Shown here in pieces: positions 20,837 through 31,989 of a DNA stretch of 36,631 nt; within the stretch, counting starts at the first letter, position 1; each line of letters opens with the position of its first letter. A model generated the notes under the pieces. The model had not been told where the DNA came from, searched no databases, and saw only the letters and a program-made list of their open reading frames with translations. Both the position numbers and the translations under genes were made by a program. The DNA is taken from NCBI GenBank assembly GCA_002269645.1, contig NIVC01004734.1, positions 1-36,631 of the forward strand. The letters are read 5' to 3'. This DNA comes from Macrostomum lignano. Lineage: Eukaryota.

Positions 20837-21466
20837 GTAGCTGTCATGACAGGACTTCTGGTGCAAAGACAACCAAATCCCCTTGGATCAACATCTATTT
20901 ATACATAATGACCCTATATCTAAAATTATCCAGCTCAATGCAATACTTACAATTGCTGATCCAAGGGTGACACAAAAATCCCACTTAGATCAACATCTTT
21001 TTTGTCTTTTTTTGTCTGGGTGTCAGATTCGCGAAATCAATGAAAAATATTTTTGAAGACAGTTTGAATTTGTGTTTTTTTTAAGTGTAGTGTTGGTGAA
21101 TGTGTTGAAGAGTCAATCTTGGCTGTCTCGTGGAGGGATACTGGAGGGGGTTGGGCTTAAAAATGACCAAAAACCCACCAAAACCCATCTACCATTACTC
21201 CATACTAATTAAATTAGTGGGTTTTGAGTGTCTGATTAACATTAGCCGAGTGTGCGCTCATACAGCTTGAAAGTTAAGTGGGAATTTTGTTGTCCCAGAG
21301 GGCGGGGTGCTTGTCTATTTTATTGCACTTAGATTAGCAGTTGAAATTATTGCGTTAAGGTGGCTAGTTTTAGATTTAAGAGCATTATATGCCAATAGAT
21401 TTCAGCAGAGTTTGATCGAAGGGAATTTGGTTATCTTCGCATCAGAAGTCCTGTCATGACAACTAC
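20837..21466. mobile_element. Non-autonomous DNA transposon (MITE), ~630 bp
   Basis: 55-bp terminal inverted repeats at 20837..20891 and 21412..21466, 49/55 identical by hand alignment. TA at 20838-39 and 21464-65 may be the TSD. AT-rich interior with no ORF. Confidence 0.8.
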
Positions 21467-21542
21467 AGAAAAGTCAATCAAAAGGGCTGGACAAAGTGAA
21501 AGACAGGCGGGCGAGTCTGCTTTGGTTGAGCTGGCTGCACAG

Positions 21543-21762
21543 TCACGGGTTTCTGTCGCTTGAGTCGCACCGGTCAGAGGGGGGCGGGCCGGTCACACCA
21601 GCCGCCGCCTCGGACTCCTCCTGCTCAGCGTACATCCGCCTCAGGCTGGCAATGCGGGCTTCCCTCTCCGCCTGGTAGGCCGACATCCGCGAGTTCACGA
21701 GCCCGTAGGCCGGGTAGACCGCCGCCGCCGCAGCCGCCGCCGTGGAGTCGCCGCCACCGCCT

Positions 21763-21806
<44 letters not shown>

Positions 21807-23202
21807 TCTCCCGGAGCGGCCGATGCGCAGGCTGTCCACCTTGTGCAGGAAGCGCGCCACAGCGAGGCACCAGCAGGCCAGGGCCAGGCAGAACAGGACG
21901 GCATCGACGACTGTCCAGCGAGGCGGCTCCTCTTCGCTGGCTGTTTCGCCTGTAGAAAAGAGACATCGCGTGCGTGATCGAACTGTTCTACTTACAGTAG
22001 AAAAATTGGGATATTGGAATTTGAAAAATGGCGCCCATTTCTATCAGCAGCACGTGACGCCTGTTATCTAGATCGCGCTGACCCCCTCCCCGGCTTTTTG
22101 TCTATAGCGATTTTTGGACGAAAATTCTGCTGGCGCCTCCGACTAATCACTTCGCAGGTGAATGGGGCGGATTCCCATTATCCAAAAACAAGGTAGCCAA
22201 GTCACTCTCCTCGTCACTGTTCTAATCACTCTTCTAGTCACTCTTCTAGTCACTCTCCTCGTCACTATTCTAGTCACTCTTCTAGCTCTTCTTGTCACTC
22301 TTCTAATCACATTTAGTCACTCTTCAAGTCCATCTACGCGAAATACCCTGCGCTTGAAGATCCTTGAGTGAGTTGTGCGTCTTCTTGGAGCTCGGGAACC
22401 TTATTCGAGCTGCAGGGGCACTGAAATTCATCTTTCCCCAATGGCGGCTCTCGCGAGCGCCCACTTTTGACTGGCTGTGGCGCAAGCGCGCTTACAAGAA
22501 CAACCCGAGAGCCTTCAAAATCAAATCCTTTGAGAACTTCGATACGATTAAAATTGAGATATTTTGAGAGGGGTCTGGGATTCTGAGATTCCCCAGCAAC
22601 AAGAAACTTGCAGAGAGCGGAACCTGCTGCTTGGCCCAGCCAGAATTTCCGCTGCACTAATAAAAAAATCTGGTAGCCCAAGAGAATTGGCGAAAGCCTT
22701 TCAGACCGTTGCACCTCACTTACACCCCAGCCTGGTTACTTTGGAACTTCAAGGATTTACGTTAAAGACAAGAGCGAGGAGCGAGGGAGTGGCGGCCGAA
22801 GCCGGGCCGGGGCGCGGCGGGGGTTCCCGGAACAGATTCCCGCGGCCAAAGTCCTTCGCGAATAAAAGCCCCCATAGATCAGTGCCAGACGGGCATCATC
22901 GCCCCTGGCCTTCTGTTCCACTGCAAAGCATCGCCAGCCTCCAGTTTGAACAATGCTGCGATGCGGCAGCGTTCGATGTGGCGAACTTTTCATCAAATTC
23001 AGCGGGAAGAAGAGGCCCCGGGCTGGCGCAGAAATGCCAGTCTGACTCTGGCGGCGACCCCCAACTGCTATCGGGTTGGGTTGCTACCCGGATTTCCCCA
23101 CAGCCCAGCTCTCTTACTGTGCGAATACTCACTCGAATTCGATTCAAACGATTCGCCGATTCCGCCGTGAGCAGCGATAGCCAGGTGAGCTGGTGGCGGC
23201 AT
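21543..23202 (-). CDS. Small single-pass membrane protein (~158 aa) with a poly-Gly tract; weak resemblance to invertebrate DUF4808-type TM proteins
   Basis: Exon 21543..21949 (TTCTACAG acceptor): EEEPPRWTVVDAVLFCLALACWCLAVARFLHKVDSLRI, 19 Gly from (GGC)n at 21750..21806, and an EREARIASLRRMYAEQEE helix. Candidate first exon 23133..23202 (ATG, GTGAGT donor, matching phase 1) is less certain. The family call is from memory of the motif only. Confidence 0.6.
22198..22325. repeat. Degenerate (TAGTCACTCTTC)n array
   Basis: About 10 imperfect 12-bp units. Confidence 0.85.
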
Positions 23203-23744
23203 TTCATACAGCACCGTTGCTTCTGGCAGTTTCTGCTTTCGCAGCTGTCTTCTTCTTTTCTGCTGCTTCTTGGGGGGCTTTAGAAATGCTGGTTGAAAGG
23301 AACTCTCTCAGACCAGGGCGAGCCGCTCCTCAGCATCCGTTTGATTGGCTGCGAACTCGCTGCCGTCACTTGCCGAGTAAAATAAGCACTGCCGGGTGGG
23401 TGAGACTACTCATGCTAGTAGAGCAGCGGAGTTTTACGCCAGAGCCTACCGCGCCGCCTGCAATTTATCAGCTGTGCTTGGGTTTGTCAGCTAACTATTC
23501 TAAACACGAACGAGCGAAGACTCAGACCCCAATTTGCATATGCAGATTTTGTTCGGCCCGACTCGATGACAGCGGGCGGGCATTGCGGAGCTGAAGACAT
23601 CCTAGGATGGGGAAGAGCTTGTTTTTCATGCTGAACTGCTCTGGACTGGGAGATTAGAAGGCTGGTGTGGTTGGCGGGATTCAGACAGAATTGAGTCAGT
23701 GGGGGGGCGTCATTTGAGGGAGAAAACAGAGAGAATAGGGCAGG

Positions 23745-24247
23745 CGACGGAGGGTAGGAGATGGAGGGTAGGAGGGTAGGAGACGGAGGGTAAGAGGGTA
23801 GTAGAGGGAGGGTAGGAGGGTAGGAGACGGAGGGTAGGAGACGGAGGGTAGGAGACGGAGGGTAGGAGGGTAGTAGACGGAGTGTAGGAGGGTAGTAGAC
23901 GGAGGGTAGGCGGAGGGTAGGGGATGGAGGGTAGGAGACGGAGGGTAGGAGACGGAGGGTAGGAGACGGAGGGTAGGAGACGGAGGGTAGGAGACGGGGG
24001 GGTAGGAGACGGGGGGTAGGAGGGTAGGAGACGGAGGGTAGGAGACGGAGGGTAGGAGACGGAGGGTAGGAGACAGAGGGTAGGAGACGGAGGGTAGGAG
24101 ACGGAGGGTAGGAGACGGAGGGTAGGAGACGGAGGGTAGGAGACAGAGGGTAGGAGACGGAGGGTAGGAGACGGAGGGTAGGAGACGGAGGGTAGGAGGG
24201 TAGGAGACGGAGGGTAGGAGGGTAGGAGACGGAGGGTAGGAGACGGA
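23745..24247. repeat. Purine-rich 14-bp minisatellite (GGAGACGGAGGGTA)
   Basis: More than 30 units with 7-bp half-unit variants. Confidence 0.96.
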
Positions 24248-25031
24248 GAGTGCAATTTACAACCAGAGGGAACATGAGGGTGGCTGAGGGGGTGAGCAGA
24301 GAGGGGAAGAGCTGGCCGAGAGCTGAGACACAGCAGGCCAAGAGGGAGATGAAGGACTCAATGTAGACGCATTAATTGACCCCGGGGTCAGTCTGGGGAT
24401 AAATGCAGCCTTGGCCCTGAAACAATCCCCAGGGGAGAGCCCTGAGCCGAGTTGCCTGTGAAAGCAGAAAAATGCGAGGCACATTTCTCAACTAGCCTTC
24501 GGGAGCACGGCGGAGCTCACTCTATTTTTATTGCTAGCCGGGTCCGGGGAGGTCAGGCGGGCAGTTCAAAGCGGCGAGATGAAGCAAAAGTTGAGGCAAC
24601 CGGAGCGGGCGGGGCGGCGCGCGGAGACAGCGGCGCCGCCTTCCTGATTGACGCGCTCGGGTTCCGGGACGGAGCCCCGCCAGGAGGGAGCGGGACCTCT
24701 CTAGTCGGCATCGAGGCCAGTGTGAGCGCAGGGGGGAAGGAGAGTCCGCACTGGCTGCTGCTGAGTGGGAAAATCCCAGTGACTCCGAGCCCCCCCCCAG
24801 CATTATTGATTGGCCCTGAGAGAATGGAGATATTATAGAAACAGAGAGGAAGCGAGCTCAGCCTGGTGGATCCGCTGTCCTCGGGCAGCCAATGAGGGTC
24901 TGAGAGCCGTACAGATCTCTCTCGGGGAATTTGAGTAGCGGTCTCAATCTCGGAGGACTCTAACGATCCGCTAGACTGTAACGCGATTTGCTGCTCACCC
25001 GGCCGGACCCTGCAGGCAACCTTGCCAGCTC

Positions 25032-25964
25032 ATGGAGACTCAGTCGGCATTCAAAGAGGCTGAGGCGGCGGGCGACCAAGCTGCGGCTCGTGTTGACGTC
25101 ATCGACCAGCTGGAGGAGGAGGAGAGGCCGCCCTCCCGTCCGACGCTGCTGCTGCCGCCGGCTGCGATGCGCCGACTGGAGCGAAAGCACCGGCGGGCGG
25201 TGCGGCGGGAGCGGCGGCGGAAGCGACGACAGGAGCGGCTGCAGTGGCAGCAGAGCTGGCCGCGGCTTCCGCGTCCGAGATGGCTGCCCGAGTGTCCGGA
25301 AACTGCCGGATGCTGCTGCATCGGATGCAGCAGAGGCGGCAATCATGAAAATCGTCCCGACGATGACGGAGACGACAGCGGCGAGTTTGAAGATGTCGAA
25401 GAGCAGCAGCTGGGCGACGGCGCTCCGCGGTGGCGTCGGCGGACGCGGCAGCGGCAGCGGAGGCGGTGGTCGCGGCTGTGCAGGTCGGCGGTGGCGGCCG
25501 CCTACCGCACGGTCTGCTTGGGCATCGGGCTGGCTGGCGTCGCCTGCCTGGCTGTGGTCGGCCTCGCCGCTGAGTCGTCCCGAGCCCTCTTGACCGCCGG
25601 CTGCCTGCTGCTGCTGGCCTGCCTGGGGCTCTGCGCCAATCAGTGCTTCCTGCAGTCCGCGGGCGGTGGCGGCACTGGCAGCACTGCTCGGCAACCGGAT
25701 CAGCGCCAGCAGCAGCCTCCAGACAGCTTGGATGCCCCGGACACTGCAGCCGCAATCGACGCCTTAGTTGCTCGGCGGGTGTCCGCGGCGTTGCAGCTGC
25801 CGCAAGATCCGGCCGCGGTGGCAATTTGGCGCCGAGAGGCTGAGCGGCTGCATCATCTACACCACGAGCATCACCAGTTTCACGGGCACAGCGTGGTTCG
25901 ATCACTGTCTCTGGCGCACGGCGCTGGCTGGCTGCGGCCGGCCTGGGCTGTGGATTCTCGCTGA
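25032..25964 (+). CDS. Intronless hypothetical protein, 310 aa, two predicted TM helices
   Basis: GC-rich ATG-to-TGA ORF with protein-like segments: acidic N-terminus, Arg-rich stretch, GCCCIGC, hydrophobic TVCLGIGLAGVACLAVVGLAA and ALLTAGCLLLLACLGLCA, His-rich tail. No family recognised. Confidence 0.7.
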   Translation: METQSAFKEAEAAGDQAAARVDVIDQLEEEERPPSRPTLLLPPAAMRRLERKHRRAVRRERRRKRRQERLQWQQSWPRLPRPRWLPECPETAGCCCIGCSRGGNHENRPDDDGDDSGEFEDVEEQQLGDGAPRWRRRTRQRQRRRWSRLCRSAVAAAYRTVCLGIGLAGVACLAVVGLAAESSRALLTAGCLLLLACLGLCANQCFLQSAGGGGTGSTARQPDQRQQQPPDSLDAPDTAAAIDALVARRVSAALQLPQDPAAVAIWRREAERLHHLHHEHHQFHGHSVVRSLSLAHGAGWLRPAWAVDSR

Positions 25965-26138
25965 ACCCAGCTATACCTTGCGTGCTGCATTTATTCTTTA
26001 AGTGTTGTGAGACTGCTATTATGAGACTCTGACTCGAAGTTAGAGAATTAAAATTCCATCAACCCACTCGGGGGGTTAGAAAATTAGAGACGGAAATATT
26101 CTGCTTAAGGGAGACAGTTAGAATAAAGTAATGGTGCG

Positions 26139-26495
26139 CTAGCCAATCAGCGGGCCGCAGTGGGTTCTTGGGGATAGATAAGGATAGATAGCTACGGGGG
26201 GTAGGGAAGGGGGTGGTGGCCGGTGCGTTAGCCAATCAGCGGGCCGCAGTGGGTTCTTGGGGGTAGATAAGGATAGATAGCTACGGGGGGTAGGGAAGGG
26301 GGTGGTGGCCGGTGCGTTAGCCAATCAGCGGGCCGCAGTGGGTTCTTGGGGATAGATAAGGATAGATAGCTACGGGGGGTAGGGAAGGGGGTGGTGGCCG
26401 GTGCGCTAGCCAATCAGCGAGCAGCAGTGTGTTCTTGGGGATAGATAAGGATAGATAGCTACGGGGGCACAAATGGGGGTGGTGCGCTAGCCAAT
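26139..26495. repeat. 89-bp tandem repeat with CCAAT box and G-runs
   Basis: Units start TAGCCAATCAGCG at ~26140, 26229, 26318 and 26407 (last degenerate), with a partial copy at ~26488. Confidence 0.95.
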
Positions 26496-27044
26496 CAACG
26501 AGCGTATCGTGGCTAATTTATTGTAGAAAAAATGGACAAATCGAGTCAATTATGGTACTGCAAGCTATATTAGATGGGGAATTCAGCATTGTATGGCCAA
26601 GTCATTCGGTAGAAGACGATTATTTCAATTGGAAGTCTACGCATTCCCAGAAATTCAATCAATTGCTAAATCAATTAATGAGCCAAGGGCTTCTCAAGGT
26701 CGATTCTCCTCTCCCTTTGCGTCCAAAAAATAATAAAATCCCAAGAAATACTGCATGGAAAGAATTAGGCTGAGAAGGCTGAAATCCCTAATTATATCTG
26801 GCAGAACTGACTTCGGCAGTGACAGCCATTCAACGTGCCGGACTGCCTGGATGCTTTGAGTTCGCGAATTTCATTTCTTCTTGTTTCTGTCTGCTATTGT
26901 GCATGCAATACGCGGTTCCTCACGTTACAACAGGCCAGTCTAGCTGATCAAATCCAACAGATTTCATGAGCTTTTTCATTTTCTTAATGCGCTTGCGCCT
27001 GCGCGTAAACAATTTTAATGCCAGCTTGTGTTACAGTGCAGCTG

Positions 27045-27051
27045 TCTGTCC

Positions 27052-27145
<94 letters not shown>

Positions 27146-27150
27146 CTGTC
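27045..27150. repeat. (TCTG)n microsatellite
   Basis: About 26 units. Confidence 0.98.
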
Positions 27151-27387
27151 TGCACAATCATGAATCCCCAAAGCGTGCGGTTCAGGTCATCCCGGCAGCC
27201 GAATGTGTCTGGGGGCTTTAAATAATGGATGCGCTGCAGGGCAGACAGGGCCATAACCCGGTGTTAATCTCTGCACCGAAATTGGCTTAGAGGGGAAATT
27301 GAATAATTTATGCGAAATATGAGCCTCGCCTTGAAATGCTCTTCAGCTGCAAGGAACCCAAAAAACTTTTCTTTGTAAAGATCTGTA

Positions 27388-27832
27388 AACATCTGACACT
27401 TGATACCTGACACCTGACATCTGACAACTGACACCTGACATTTGACACCTGATACCTGACACCTGACATCTGACATCTGACACCTGATACCTGACACCTG
27501 ACACCTGACATCTGACATCTGATACCCGACACCTGACACCTGACACCTGACATCTGACATCTGATACCCGACACCTGACATCTGACACTTGACACCTGAC
27601 ATCTGACACCTGACATCTGACACCTGACATTTGACAACTGACACCTGACATTTGACACCTGACATTTGACACCTGACATCTGACATCTGACACCTGACAT
27701 CTGACACCTGACACCTGACATCTGACACCTGACACCTGACATCTGACACCTGACACTTGACACCTGACACCTGACATCTGACATCTGACATCTGACACCT
27801 GACACCTGACATCTAACATCTGACACCTGACT
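27388..27832. repeat. 7-bp minisatellite (TGACACC/TGACATC)
   Basis: About 60 interspersed variant units. Confidence 0.96.
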
Positions 27833-28347
27833 GGGCAAGTGGAGCATTCCAGTTTTTACAAGCAGACGCAAAAAGGAAGATACTGTATACAATGAAATAT
27901 CAAATTCAATTCAACACATTGAGTAATCTGCTGTGGCAAAACAGGATTCATAATTAAATCGTTGCAGCTGTCAGATTTTTATTTCCTAATATCTTGTCTG
28001 ATACTCGACTCAAATTTCCGTAAAAATGTGCAGATTTATACAAAATATTTCAAATAAGAAGCCAGAGATTTGAGTAATAAAAGTCCTTCAATTCGGAATT
28101 TCAGCTGAAAAGTACTTTCTAAGGGCAAAAGTACAAAACAACTTTCACATTACAAGCAAATCTTCACGTCTGAACGAAGCCCTGTCTCGGTCCCGTCAGG
28201 AAGTTTTAAAAAGTTCATTCTGAAGCGAGCACAAATTCGAAAGTAAAACGCTGTGCATACTACTGCAACTTATCTATAAGTAGAGTAGTTTGATGAGTCG
28301 CAGAAAAAATTTAAATAAGAAAGGAGATTCTTTCTGGCAGTCGGGAT

Positions 28348-31300
28348 TTACTCGACAAAGCGCACCGTCTCCAGACTCCGGAGCGCCTCATCAAGCGGCT
28401 TAGCAACCGCCGGCGTCTTCAAGAATCGCTTGCGCACCGTGTTGATCAGTTCGATCATCTGGTTGATGTCGATGACGCTCTTGACCAGCTCCGGGTACAT
28501 GCACAGCTCGCGCAGCAGGCTGGCCATGGCCTCGGCCACCTCAACATTGTCCCGGTGCACGTGGAAGGCCGCCGCCAGGACTGGCAGGCCGGCCAGGCCT
28601 TCGCCAGCCGCTTCAACTGACTCGCAGTCCAGCACCGTCAGGCCGCACTCTTCGTCTGACTCGACGTAGCTGGCCAGGGCCAGGGCGGCGTTGCGCACCA
28701 CCTGGAGTGACAGTGGAAGTACATTTTAGTGACATTAGTGTGATGGTAGAGTGACAGCAAATGATAGTAGAGGGACAGTAGATGACACTAGAGTGACAGT
28801 AGTTGGCATTAGAGTGACAGTAGAGTGACAGTAGAGTGACAGTAGATGGCAGTAGAGTTACAGCAGAGTGACAGCAGGTGACGGCAGTAGAGTGACATTA
28901 GAGTGACAGTAGATGGCATTAGTGACAGTAGATAACAGTAGTGTGACATTAGAGTGACAGTAGATGGCATTAGTGACAGTAGATAACAGTAGTGTGACAT
29001 TAGAGTGACAGTAGATGGCAGCAGAGAGACATTAGAGTGACAGTAGATGACAGTAGAGTGACATTAGAGTGACAGTAGATGGCATTAGTGACAGTAGATG
29101 ACAGTAGAGTGACATTAGAGTGACAGTAGATGGCAGTAGATGGCAGTAGAGTGACAGTGGAGTGACAGGTGCGGCAGACCTTAGTGAACCGCTGGTGCCT
29201 GGCCAGGGCCCGCAGCAGCAGCTCGACCACCGCGTGCTCCCCGGCCCGCTGCACAGCACTGGGCGACATGCTGAATGCCAGCAGCAGGGCGGCTCCGTGC
29301 TCCTGAGCTTCGGGCGAGTCGCCGAACGCCTTCATCGCCCGCGTCACCAGCAGGAGGCCGTCGCGTTCCAAGCAGCGCCGAGCGTTTGGCGCGTAGGCGC
29401 AGAGCGACCACAGCGCGTTGGCGGCCAGCGCGAACAGGTCTACGTCGTCCGGGGCGGCGGCGACGGCCGACAGCAGAGCGTCGATGCCGCCGGATTCGCC
29501 GACCAGCTGGGAACAGCGACGGTCAGCGGCGAAGGCCATCAGGAGGGCGGCGGCCGAGCGGAGCAGCCCGGAGCAGTAGGGGTGCTGCGACATCGCCAGC
29601 AGCACGCAGTCCACGGATTCGCGCGAGTACAGCGGCCCGCCAGGGCTGGCTCGAATGGCGAGGTTGCCGAGCAGGCAGCAGTAGGCCGTGCACACCTGAG
29701 AGGGTCGGTGGTATTTCCAAAGTAGGCTAGTCTGGTCGAGGGTATTCCCCAATTAGACTAGTCTGGTCGAGGGAATTCCCAAATTAGGCTAGTCTGGTCG
29801 AGGGAAATCCTGAAGTAGGCTAGTCTGGCCGAGGGTATTCCCCAATTAGACTAGTCTGGTCGAGGGTATTCCCCAATTAGACTAGTCTGGCCGAGGGTAT
29901 TCCCCAATTAGACTAGTCTGGCCGAGGGTATTCCCCAATTAGACTAGTCTGGCCGAGGGTATTCCCCAATTAGACTAGTCTGGCCGAGGGTATTCCCCAA
30001 TTAGACTAGTGTGGTCGAGGGAATTCCCCAACTAGGCTAGTCTGGTCGAGGGAATTCCCAAATTAGGCTAGTCTGGTCGAGGAAAATCCTGAAGTAGGCT
30101 AGTCTGACCGAGGGAATTCCTGAAGTAGGCTAGTCTTGTCGAGGGAATTCCTGAAGTAGTCTAATCTGGTCGAGGGAATTCCTGAAGTAGTCTAATCTGG
30201 TCGAGGGAATTCCTGAAGTAGTCTAATCTGGTCGAGGGAATTCCTGAAGTAGTCTAGTCTGGTCGAGGGAATTCCTGAAGTAGGCTAGTCTGGTCGAGGG
30301 AATTCTTGAAGTAGTCTAGTCTGGTCGAGGGAATTCCTGAAGTAGTCTAGTCTGGTCGAGGGAATACCTGAAGTAGTCTAGTCTGGTCGAGGGAATCCCC
30401 AATTGACCTATTCTGGCCGAAGGAATTCCCCGAGTAGGCTAGTCTGATCGAGTATTCGCGGCAGGCTCACCTCTTCGCTAGCCAGGTGAGAGCGCAGTCC
30501 CTGATGCAGTGTGCACAGCTGCTCAGCGGTGAGGCTGCCGGCAGAGCGCAGCTGGGTGCACAGCTCTTCAAGGGCTTCGCGGAAGCAGTTCTCATTGTTG
30601 AGCTCGCGGTCAACGTACTCAAGCAACGGCTCGAGGCCGGAGTCGCGAGGAATCGGCCGGTCTTTAGTTGTGACCTGGAAAATTTGGTGCCGGGAAGTGT
30701 CAGATGATTGGGGTACTCGTAATTTTAAGGCGAACAAAAACTGTTAAAGCTGAGGACCGTTCGCACCTGCTGCTTTCGCCGCCTGTCGGCCATGGCGGAG
30801 CCCGCAAGGTTGAGGCAGTCGCGAGCCAGCGGCGTCTCCAGCAGAGCGGCCATGGTCGGCCGGTCAGTCGGACGGACGGCCAGCAGGCCGAGGACGGCAG
30901 CCCGGAGCTCCGGCGAGTACACGGACTCGACCGGGGCGAGCGCCTCCTGGAGGATGCGCGATGCGGCGGCAGCGGAGGCGTCTTCAGCGGAGTCCGACTC
31001 GGAGGACTTGTAGCGGAGCAGAGTTTGGCCGAGGCTCTGCCAGGACTGCTCGGTGCAGAGCATGAGGTTCAGCAGGACGCAGCCCAGGCCCCACATGTCC
31101 GCCGCCTGGGTGTAGGTTGCGGGCCGGCCAGCCTGTGGGCAGAGAAGGACGCGAGTTGAGCCAGCCAATCAGATGGGAGTTTCAGATGTGTGTACAGTCA
31201 TAGTATCCATTCCATCAAAATCAGTGAGGTGGCCGCAGGCCAAAATCCAGTTTATTAATTTTGAATTTAAGGGGGGGACTGAAGTAGGTGATGCGAGGAC

Positions 31301-31989
31301 CAATCAGAAGCCAGAGAGAAGGAGAGATAAGAAATCGCAGTGAGCAAGAACGAGATTGAACTAGACAAGTCAAGAGACAACGGCAGATTAACTTAAGGAG
31401 GTTAATAATGTAAAATAATAAGCGAAGATCTCAAAAAACGCACCTGAACTTCTGGTGCCGTGGCGTCCATGATGGCCTTGTCAGTGCGCGTGTTGGTCTG
31501 GTGATCGGCCATCAGGGTGGCTACGCAGAAGTCGCCCACAGAGATGCTCAGATCGTCTCTCAGGAAAATGTTGGACGCTCGAATATCGCCGTGGCAGAGG
31601 CCTCTGCCGTGAATGTAGGCGAGAAACTCCAGCGTCTGGCCGAACCATTTCCGCACGATCTCCTCGTCCAGCGGTTTTTTGTCCTTGAGCTTGCGGCTGG
31701 TGATGCTCTCCAGGCTGCCGTTGGGAAAGTGGTCCATAACGAAGCAGACGTAGACGGAGGAATGGTCGGCGTTCCAGTCCACGAAGATCTCGCGGTAGGG
31801 CGCAGCGAACGGGTGCCGGATACTCGTCAGCCGGAGCGACTCCTTGAAGGCTTTGTTGGCGGAGCTCTCGTCGTGGCATTCAACTCGCTTGAGGGCGTAG
31901 CGAAGGCGATCGGCCGTGGCGGCCTCCACCAGCAGCACGGTGCCCAGAGGCCCCGAACCGAGCTGCTTCACTACCAAGTAGTTTTCCAT
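28348..31989 (-). CDS. STKLD1: Serine/threonine kinase-like domain-containing protein 1 (STKLD1/SgK071)-like: N-terminal kinase fold plus ARM-like helical repeats (~661 aa)
   Basis: Exons complement(31444..31989, 30767..31132, 30471..30674, 29180..29695, 28348..28701), all phase 0, total 1986 nt. Motifs GSGPLG, YALKRVECHDE, HGDIRASNIF, VGDFC, TAPE, ADMWGLGC, DRPT. C-terminal ARM-like GGIDALLSAV...AANALWSL. Architecture and size fit STKLD1 as I recall it. Confidence 0.85.
28705..29170. repeat. AGAGTGACAG-core array filling STKLD1 intron 4
   Basis: Repeated TAGAGTGACAG, TAGATGGCAG and GTGACATTA across the whole intron 28702..29179. Confidence 0.93.
29722..30450. repeat. 31-bp minisatellite with two subtypes filling STKLD1 intron 3
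   Basis: Subtype A GGGTATTCCCCAATTAGACTAGTCTGGCCGA; subtype B GGGAATTCCTGAAGTAGTCTAGTCTGGTCGA; about 23 units. Confidence 0.96.

Noticed and set aside
23487-24341. Extensin-like (YPPSPTLRLLPSVS)n ORFs
   Set aside because: Translation of the 14-bp purine-rich array.
24960-25905. Minus-strand ORFs of 244 and 268 aa
   Set aside because: Low-complexity antisense shadows of the plus-strand 310-aa ORF, which has the more protein-like TM pattern.
27150-27260. Possible small exon beside the (TCTG)n array
   Set aside because: No recognisable homology and no partner exons or consistent splice pair.
27264-27892. Cys-rich (VRCQVSG)n ORFs
   Set aside because: 7-bp minisatellite translated in all three frames.
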